Below, in pieces: positions 58,032 through 64,000 of a stretch of 64,000 bases of DNA. Both the position numbers and the translations under genes were made by a program. The notes beneath the pieces were generated by a model. That model was not told the origin of the DNA and made no database searches. It worked only from the letters and a program-made list of their open reading frames with translations. Numbering within the stretch: position 1 is the first letter of the stretch; each line of letters opens with the position of its first letter. Source of the DNA: an uncultured virus (IMG/VR IMGVR_UViG_3300044612_002689) (taxonomy: Duplodnaviria > Heunggongvirae > Uroviricota > Caudoviricetes); IMG/VR virus record IMGVR_UViG_3300044612_002689; one strand, 5' to 3'.

Positions 58032-58433
58032 ATGAAAAGATACTCAGGGATTATTGTTAGAAATGAAGACAAATATCTACTATGTAAAAGAAATTACGAG
58101 GGTAATCTTCCTGGAGTCTGGTCCGTACCTGGTGGTCACATGGAAGATAACGAAACTCCAGAAGAGTGTGCTAGAAGAGAATTTTTCGAAGAGACCAATT
58201 ACAAAATTGATGGTAGATTGAATTTGGTTGGTTTTATTGAACACACAAATAATGAAGATGAAATGAAAGGTCTGATGTATGTTTACTTTTATGATTCTGA
58301 TGATGAAATTAATCCGGATCTTAGAAATGCGAAAGATGGTGATGAACATTTGGTTTGTAATTATTTTTCATTTGATGATTTACCACTTGAAAAAAATGAC
58401 CAACTCTACAAAATTATAAAAAAATTAAATTAA
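58032..58433 (+). CDS. NUDIX hydrolase
   Basis: PGGHMEDNETPEECARREFFEET Nudix box. Confidence 0.9.
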   Translation: MKRYSGIIVRNEDKYLLCKRNYEGNLPGVWSVPGGHMEDNETPEECARREFFEETNYKIDGRLNLVGFIEHTNNEDEMKGLMYVYFYDSDDEINPDLRNAKDGDEHLVCNYFSFDDLPLEKNDQLYKIIKKLN

Positions 58434-58435
58434 AT

Positions 58436-58466
58436 TTTGTGAATCAAAGAATTATTTATACCTTTG
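58436..58466 (+). promoter_or_regulatory. Bacteroidota-type -33/-7 promoter
   Basis: TTTG-N19-TACCTTTG. Confidence 0.7.
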
Positions 58467-58499
58467 TTCTTAATTACAAACAAACTGATAATTTTATTT

Positions 58500-58790
58500 A
58501 TGAAAAAAGAATGTTTTAAAATCAGGATCATCAATCAACAAATGGGAGAATTACTTAACGATTCATTTGTTGATAGAGTGCAATTCAAGTTGTTTCTGAA
58601 GTTAGTAAACGCATCTTTAGAACTACAAAGTGATTTATCTTATTTCAATGGGGAAACTTTTTTGATCCATATCCCGTATATTATATTAAAAGATTCTGTT
58701 GTTTTAACATCTACGGAGATGATATCAACCAAAGATCAAGTAAGAAGTAAAATAGAAGCATTTGTAACAATTGAAAACAATGAAAAATAG
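58500..58790 (+). CDS. Hypothetical protein
   Basis: Start probably ATG 58500. Confidence 0.55.
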   Translation: MKKECFKIRIINQQMGELLNDSFVDRVQFKLFLKLVNASLELQSDLSYFNGETFLIHIPYIILKDSVVLTSTEMISTKDQVRSKIEAFVTIENNEK

Positions 58791-59229
58791 TTTAATCTTA
58801 ATTTTAATTGGTTTTATTTTATTTGCTTGTCAAAAAAATAATCCCCAACCAACACCTCCACCTTACGGTTACCCAATCGATTACAACGATTCAACGGTAG
58901 TTGGAGATGGACCATCAATTTCAAATCAAACCTGGATTCTAAGAAAGTACAGGGTTGGTGAATTTGGAACCCTAATTGATGTTAACGATACCATTCATTT
59001 TATAAATCACAACACCTATGACTATTTAGGGTACACAAATTCATATCATCTTTATCCCACTATGTCAACTTTGAATTTGAGTATATATTCTTTTTTATGG
59101 GGAGATATCTCTGGCACAGTTACAGAATCTATGATCAATTATGGAAATATACCTGGAGTGCCTTTTCATTGTATTACTCCTGGAAATACAAATTTTACTA
59201 ACTATTATTTGTGGATTGAAAAAATATAA
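58780..59229 (+). CDS. Lipoprotein
   Basis: MKNSLILILIGFILFA-C lipobox followed by a Pro-rich linker. Confidence 0.7.
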   Translation: MKNSLILILIGFILFACQKNNPQPTPPPYGYPIDYNDSTVVGDGPSISNQTWILRKYRVGEFGTLIDVNDTIHFINHNTYDYLGYTNSYHLYPTMSTLNLSIYSFLWGDISGTVTESMINYGNIPGVPFHCITPGNTNFTNYYLWIEKI

Positions 59230-59231
59230 TT

Positions 59232-59726
59232 ATGGGTACTAATTTTTACAGAATCCCTTCGGTGAAGGATATGGAGGTTAAAAAAAATTTATTATTAACT
59301 AGAATACGTCAAATTAATGTAACTGCAGAGTCTATCTTCAAAAGATTTTCGATTGATAAAAACTCTAATACTTTAGAATATGTAACCCCATGGGATGAGT
59401 TTATTGATGGTCTTGAAATTCATTTAGGTAAAAGAAGTATGGGTTGGAAGTTTTTATGGAACTTTCACGATAAAAAATATTACACAAATAAAGAAGAACT
59501 GTTCGATTTTATCAAATCTGGTCGTATCATTAATGAATATGGTGAAGAAATTGATCCTAATGAATTTATTGAAATGGCACTTGATTGGTGTAAAGATGAT
59601 GGGTGGGACACTCAAACTTATTATGAAGAGAATCCGTCCAGTAAAGTTTCATGGTTAGATAGTTATAGATATCACGACATTTATATTGATAATCTGAGGA
59701 TATCATCATCGACAGACTTTAGTTAG
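59232..59726 (+). CDS. Phage hypothetical protein (MGTNFY / HLGKRSxGW family)
   Basis: Recognisable motif pattern, function unknown. Confidence 0.6.
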   Translation: MGTNFYRIPSVKDMEVKKNLLLTRIRQINVTAESIFKRFSIDKNSNTLEYVTPWDEFIDGLEIHLGKRSMGWKFLWNFHDKKYYTNKEELFDFIKSGRIINEYGEEIDPNEFIEMALDWCKDDGWDTQTYYEENPSSKVSWLDSYRYHDIYIDNLRISSSTDFS

Positions 59727-59729
59727 TTT

Positions 59730-59775
59730 CCTTGTTTTATTAAACAAGGTGGTGGAGTCGGACCCAAAGGTCGAC
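59730..59775 (+). ncRNA. Candidate small structured RNA (two hairpins)
   Basis: CCTTGTTT/AAACAAGG and GTCGGACC/GGTCGAC stems. Confidence 0.3.
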
Positions 59776-59783
59776 CTAAAATC

Positions 59784-59809
59784 GGGAAAATTTATTTTCC
59801 CTTTTTTTT
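59784..59809 (+). terminator. Intrinsic terminator
   Basis: GGGAAAA-TTTA-TTTTCCC followed by T8. Confidence 0.75.
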
Positions 59810-59837
59810 GTTTTATAAAAAAATTTAATTACATTTG
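59807..59837 (+). promoter_or_regulatory. Bacteroidota-type -33/-7 promoter
   Basis: TTTG-N19-TACATTTG. Confidence 0.7.
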
Positions 59838-59854
59838 TAACCAATTTTTAATTT

Positions 59855-60412
59855 ATGAACACTATCAAAGAAAAAACACTTGAAGTTAATTATGATGATG
59901 TATACAAATTTTTTGATACAGTCCACAGATTAATCTGTAATGATATGAAACTTGATTACGATCTTGGTAAAGATCTCTGTCAGGAAGGTTTTTTAAAGGC
60001 ATTTATTAAAATGGAAACTTTAAAATGCTCAACAACATGTGAAAAAACCAAAGATTTGATAATTTTTACCTGGATCAAAACAATTGTAAAAAATACAATA
60101 ATAGATTATTTCAGATCACCAAAAAATAATGGAAAAATCGAGTATAATCCTTTGTATCATGACCAGTTTTCCCAAACTGAACTTGATAATGAAGAAGATT
60201 TTTTATTCAAAGATAAGTTTACTAAAGACCAGTTAATGATTGCTGTCGAAATGTTGTCATATTCTCAAAAAATTTCATTTGAAAAATTTGTAATCGAGGA
60301 AAAATCCCATAAAGAAATTGCTCAAGAGTTAGGAATTTCCGAAGGAACCTCTAAATCTAATTTTTTTAAAGCCAAAAACAATATTATTAAGAATTTGAAA
60401 AGGGTCATATGA
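59855..60412 (+). CDS. ECF-type RNA polymerase sigma factor
   Basis: DLCQEGFLKAF, WIKTIVKNTIIDYFR and SHKEIAQELGISEGTSKSN motifs. Confidence 0.88.
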   Translation: MNTIKEKTLEVNYDDVYKFFDTVHRLICNDMKLDYDLGKDLCQEGFLKAFIKMETLKCSTTCEKTKDLIIFTWIKTIVKNTIIDYFRSPKNNGKIEYNPLYHDQFSQTELDNEEDFLFKDKFTKDQLMIAVEMLSYSQKISFEKFVIEEKSHKEIAQELGISEGTSKSNFFKAKNNIIKNLKRVI

Positions 60413-61011
60413 AAGTAATATTTTTAGATCATGATGGGGTCATATGTCTCTCAAACAATTGGGGTGGACGAACAAAGAAATGGGCGAAATACCGAAGTGC
60501 AAATCCTGACAGTAGTAATGAGAAAAAAGACGCTCCTGTATCTGTAAGATTTGATGACTTTGATAAAAAAGCGATTAAGATCCTTAATGAAATTATTGAA
60601 CAAACGGGATGTGAGATTGTGGTAAGTTCTGATTGGAGACTTCACGCGACCTTAGAGGAACTTGGTGACTACTACATCAGTCAAGGTATTATTAAACGAC
60701 CCGTTGCCGTCACTGATATATTCCAAGACATTTTTCCAAAAGAATGGAATGCATTTAGATTTCGTGCCGATTTAGAATTAGAAAGAAGTATGGAAATTAA
60801 TCATTGGTTAGAAAATCATCCTGAGGTGACTCATTGGGTTGCTGTTGACGATTTGAATATGAGTTCTGAGTTTTTATCAAAATACTTTTCAGATGGTGAA
60901 TCAGATAAAAATCCTGGTCTATCTAATTTTGTTCTAACGCCAAAATCAAGTGAAGGAATCAAACAATGTGGTATTAAAGAAAAAATAATTAAATATTTGA
61001 AAAATGAGTGA
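60409..61011 (+). CDS. HAD-superfamily phosphatase (Swiss-army-knife RNA-repair type)
   Basis: FLDHDGV, IVVSSDWR and WVAVDD motifs. Confidence 0.8.
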   Translation: MKVIFLDHDGVICLSNNWGGRTKKWAKYRSANPDSSNEKKDAPVSVRFDDFDKKAIKILNEIIEQTGCEIVVSSDWRLHATLEELGDYYISQGIIKRPVAVTDIFQDIFPKEWNAFRFRADLELERSMEINHWLENHPEVTHWVAVDDLNMSSEFLSKYFSDGESDKNPGLSNFVLTPKSSEGIKQCGIKEKIIKYLKNE

Positions 61012-61177
61012 CGAGTTCAAAAATCTTAAAGTCGGAGACAGAGTAAAAACTAAATTATCTGGAATGGCAACCGTAATAGAAGTTGGTTGTTATAGTGGAT
61101 ATATGGTAAAATTAATGTGCGACAATCCAAGGTGGTGTTGTCCGTATTTTTATGAAAAAGAATTAGAATTAATATGA
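61004..61177 (+). CDS. Small KOW/SH3-like protein, 57 aa (not in ORF track)
   Basis: MSDEFKNLKVGDRVKTK...ELELI. Confidence 0.55.
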   Translation: MSDEFKNLKVGDRVKTKLSGMATVIEVGCYSGYMVKLMCDNPRWCCPYFYEKELELI

Positions 61178-61233
61178 ATACAAAAGAAATAGGTAAAACT
61201 TTACTTTTATTGTATTTACTTTATAATATATAA

Positions 61234-61599
61234 ATGGGAAAACTAGTTATATTATTATCATTTTTATTTTTTAGTCTTACCGGATCTAAAAAAATATACA
61301 CAGGAACCGCATCTTATTACGGTAAAAACTACACAGGTAGATTAACGGCATCTGGAGAAAGATTTCATAAAGACAGTCTAACCGCAGCACACAAGACATT
61401 TAAATTTGGAACCATTGTTAAAGTTACAAACCTTATTAATGATTCCGTTAGATTTGTAAAAATTAACGACAGACTACCAAAGTCATCTAACTTTATTATT
61501 GATTTATCTTATGGTACTGCAAAACAACTTAACTTTATTAGTAGAGGAATTATTCCTGTAACTCTTGAGATTGTAGACACCGTACCAATCAAAAAATAA
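61234..61599 (+). CDS. rlpA: RlpA-like (DPBB) lytic transglycosylase with signal peptide
   Basis: GTASYYG, TASGE, TAAHK, VKVTN, INDR and IIDLS motifs; TTTACT-N16-TATAAT upstream. Confidence 0.88.
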   Translation: MGKLVILLSFLFFSLTGSKKIYTGTASYYGKNYTGRLTASGERFHKDSLTAAHKTFKFGTIVKVTNLINDSVRFVKINDRLPKSSNFIIDLSYGTAKQLNFISRGIIPVTLEIVDTVPIKK

Positions 61600-61631
61600 T
61601 TTGTTTTATTAAAAAACATTTCTTAACTTTG
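61600..61631 (+). promoter_or_regulatory. Bacteroidota-type -33/-7 promoter
   Basis: TTTG-N20-TAACTTTG, ending 4 nt before GTG 61636. Confidence 0.7.
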
Positions 61632-61635
61632 TAGG

Positions 61636-61818
61636 GTGAAAAAACCTTGCAAAGAATGTCCCCATCTTATTCGTAATCGTCATAACGATATGATTGTGGA
61701 GTTCGGTAAAAGAACCGGAAAGAAACACAACTGTCATATGACGGAAGGAAAAAAAGATTTGTGGAATGTAACTGATAAAAAATTGGAGTGTTATGGAAGT
61801 AGAAATGACAAGAGATAA
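61636..61818 (+). CDS. Small Cys/His metal-binding protein
   Basis: PCKECP...HNCH...CYG. Confidence 0.6.
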   Translation: MKKPCKECPHLIRNRHNDMIVEFGKRTGKKHNCHMTEGKKDLWNVTDKKLECYGSRNDKR

Positions 61819-62002
61819 AAACGGAAGGGACATCAAAGTAGGTGACTATGTTAAGGTGGTTAATAGAATTACAGGATTGGTGGAAGATTATGGTATGATT
61901 ACCAAAATTGAAGGTAATTATATTCATCTTGGTAATGGTAAGAATATTGACGGAATGGTAATTAGTGATGTTTATTTTAGAGACGAAGTAATTAAATCAT
62001 GA
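61805..62002 (+). CDS. Small KOW/SH3-like protein
   Basis: DKNGRDIKVGDYV. Confidence 0.55.
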   Translation: MTRDKNGRDIKVGDYVKVVNRITGLVEDYGMITKIEGNYIHLGNGKNIDGMVISDVYFRDEVIKS

Positions 62003-62313
62003 AGGGAGAAGTAAAAACTAAATTTGGAACATATACAATGGAAACAAGAAACAGTACAAAAATAAGTACAGATAAACTCGGAGTGTTTATTGAAAGATTA
62101 AAAAAAATTGGAATTGATGTGAAACTATCAGGAAACTTTCCTTGGGTTTATATCGACGAAATCTGTGGTATAAGAGTAACTGAAAGGTTTGCAGCAAATC
62201 ACGGGTTTACTGTGATGTTTCTTCCAGGAAGAAATGACTCACCACCATCTGACTTTACAGATATTGCAGAGATATTCAAGTTAATTAGAAAATACACAAA
62301 CAAAATAAAATGA
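61999..62313 (+). CDS. Hypothetical protein, 104 aa
   Basis: Coupled ORF. Confidence 0.6.
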   Translation: MKGEVKTKFGTYTMETRNSTKISTDKLGVFIERLKKIGIDVKLSGNFPWVYIDEICGIRVTERFAANHGFTVMFLPGRNDSPPSDFTDIAEIFKLIRKYTNKIK

Positions 62314-62723
62314 AAAAAATATATTTAGATGACGTTAGAACACCGGTTGATAATGATTGGATTGTAGTTCGATCTTACGACGAGTTTGTTGAAAAAATAA
62401 ATGAGATCGGTTTAGAAAATATTGAACTTATCTCTTTGGATCACGACTTGGGTGCTAGTGCAATTGATGAATGGAAAAAAAATGTTTATACAAATTACAC
62501 AATCAACTACGATAACATCACCGAAAAGACCGGTATGGATTGTGTTAAGTGGTTGGTTAATGAGTGGATGAATGGAAAACGTGTTGTTGATGTTGTGGTT
62601 CATTCACACAACGCAATTGGAAGTGGGAATATGATGGGTTATATTAATAACTACCGACACATCAATCGTTTGAAACAAAATTGTGTTAGACTTGAGTGGG
62701 ATTATACAATAGAAAAAATATAA
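62310..62723 (+). CDS. Cyclic-phosphate-processing receiver domain protein
   Basis: YLDDVR, ISLDHDLG, TGMDCVKWL and VHSHN motifs. Confidence 0.8.
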   Translation: MKKIYLDDVRTPVDNDWIVVRSYDEFVEKINEIGLENIELISLDHDLGASAIDEWKKNVYTNYTINYDNITEKTGMDCVKWLVNEWMNGKRVVDVVVHSHNAIGSGNMMGYINNYRHINRLKQNCVRLEWDYTIEKI

Positions 62724-62726
62724 AAA

Positions 62727-63260
62727 ATGGATTTAACTAAACTAACAATGGACGAACTTATTTCTTTAAGAAATAAAATTGAAGGACTTATTTATTCATA
62801 TGAAGATGGATATTTGTATATCTGTTCTGTCCGTCAGTTTGGTAGTGTTTGGGAAGAAAGACCATCCAGTTTATATTCATTAAAAGAACTTTGTGATTCT
62901 TATTACGGCGACAATGGAATTGTTGATGTTTATACAAATAACCCAAATTTAGAATTTCCTGAAATGGAGTTCTACAATTATGGTGATGTTATGTATATCA
63001 AATCAGAAGATGATTATAGGGAGTGGATTAAACACACTAAGACTAAAAATCTTATTGAAGATGTAACACAACGACTTGATGAGTGGGACAAAAGTAAAAA
63101 TTTACCATTTAAGTATCGTCCTTCTTTCGCTCCACATTGGACAAGAGAAGATGTTAGTGAATGGATTCAGGAGTTTGAAAATACCAAGTGGGATTTTGTT
63201 GAACCAAGGTCAATGAAGAAAGAATATTCTGAAGAAGATAATGACGAACATAAAAAATAA
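62727..63260 (+). CDS. Hypothetical protein, 177 aa
   Basis: ORF. Confidence 0.6.
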   Translation: MDLTKLTMDELISLRNKIEGLIYSYEDGYLYICSVRQFGSVWEERPSSLYSLKELCDSYYGDNGIVDVYTNNPNLEFPEMEFYNYGDVMYIKSEDDYREWIKHTKTKNLIEDVTQRLDEWDKSKNLPFKYRPSFAPHWTREDVSEWIQEFENTKWDFVEPRSMKKEYSEEDNDEHKK

Positions 63261-63265
63261 TAAAA

Positions 63266-63466
63266 ATGAAAAAATTTAGATTACCAAGAAAGACAAAAAA
63301 GAAATTGAAAAAAGATTTTTTTACTTATCCAAAAAGTGAAAAAGACACATACTTAGTTGCTTGGCCATATAAATATGAAGAAGATTATATTGCATATAAA
63401 AAAGGATTGTTAAGAGGTTTAAAAGAAGAATTGAGGAAGAGTTATAAAAAAAATAATAAAAATTAA
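63266..63466 (+). CDS. Small basic protein
   Basis: KFRLPRKTKKKLKK start. Confidence 0.55.
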   Translation: MKKFRLPRKTKKKLKKDFFTYPKSEKDTYLVAWPYKYEEDYIAYKKGLLRGLKEELRKSYKKNNKN

Positions 63467-63471
63467 AATTT

Positions 63472-64000
63472 ATGGGATTAAAAAAAGTCAAATTAGAAAA
63501 TAAAAATTTGGATTTGTCGCTTATCGACATGTTACAATATTATGATATTAGTAAGACAAAAAAATACACCCAGTTTTTGGTTAAAATGTTTAAAGAACTA
63601 ATTCAGAATGATCTTCACCTGACACAACAATACAGGAAAAATGGTTTAGACAATGATGAAAAAATGGATACATTAGTTGATAGAAATTCTTTTGAGGGAT
63701 TTCTCACACATAAACTTGTCGTTGAAAATTTTATTGGATATCAAAAAATTAAATTGTATATGACTTTCTGTGAATTAATGGAAAGAGGGCTTGTAGAAAT
63801 CAAAGACATCTCAACTTACGACTCCTGGGAAATGGTTGAAAATCAAGTATATTTGGCACTCAACAAAGACAACTTAAAAAAAGCAAAGAAAGAAATAAAA
63901 ATTATTTATGAAGATTCATGTTATTTGGTTTTCAAACCATTGACTTATTTAGCATCTTGTACTTACGGATATCAAACTAAATGGTGCACATCTATGATTA
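63472..64000 (+). CDS. WC-motif (PcfJ-like) protein, truncated at window end
   Basis: Open frame MGLKKVKLE...IIYEDSCYLVFKPLTYLASCTYGYQTKWCTSM, similar to the central domain of 46166-48031. Confidence 0.6.
   Translation, partial: MGLKKVKLENKNLDLSLIDMLQYYDISKTKKYTQFLVKMFKELIQNDLHLTQQYRKNGLDNDEKMDTLVDRNSFEGFLTHKLVVENFIGYQKIKLYMTFCELMERGLVEIKDISTYDSWEMVENQVYLALNKDNLKKAKKEIKIIYEDSCYLVFKPLTYLASCTYGYQTKWCTSMI

Noticed and set aside
1..64000. Stop-codon reassignment
   Set aside because: Long intact ORFs tile the window in the standard code, and TAG and TGA end genes at sensible positions.
1..64000. tRNA or rRNA genes
   Set aside because: No cloverleaf with a T-arm consensus was seen in the short intergenic gaps by eye; tRNAscan was not run.
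1..64000. Bacterial chromosome or eukaryotic giant-virus origin
   Set aside because: Baseplate/tail module, gp46/47-like pair, bacterial sigma factors and promoters, and dense small hypothetical genes all fit a large tailed phage.

Overview
AT-rich, densely coding 64-kb segment of a large tailed dsDNA phage, most likely a myovirus-like jumbo phage. It uses the standard genetic code, and I saw no tRNAs, CRISPR array or transposases. The host is probably in Bacteroidota: there are seven TTTG-N19/20-TAnnTTTG promoters, A-rich translation starts without a Shine-Dalgarno, SprB-like repeats, Bacteroidota-type RpoD and ECF sigma factors, and an Hc1-like small protein. Layout: 1-24.8 kb is a baseplate/tail/fibre module of Cys-rich, (PT)n/Thr-rich proteins with a glycosyltransferase inside it. 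22.3-34.1 kb covers replication, recombination and transcription (RuvC-like resolvase, primase, PD-(D/E)xK nuclease, SbcD/SbcC, sigma-70). 35-42 kb holds lysis-like and head-internal/scaffold-like genes. 42-64 kb is accessory (Hc1-like, DnaJ, adenine MTase, LRR protein, DUF932, Trx/Grx, MetK-like pseudo-enzyme, acidic proteins, DUF3310, DUF192, NUDIX, lipoprotein, ECF sigma, HAD, RlpA, cyclic-phosphate receiver). The best novelty candidates are: (1) a plant SERGT/HPAT-like protein O-glycosyltransferase sitting among mucin-like virion genes; (2) a degenerate two-domain MetK mimic next to acidic, possibly DNA-mimicking proteins; (3) three distinct promoter classes, including a TATTTAT late motif linked to proteins with capsid-targeting-like N-termini; (4) two structured intergenic RNA candidates. 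All family calls come from recognising motifs by eye; no database searches were run.
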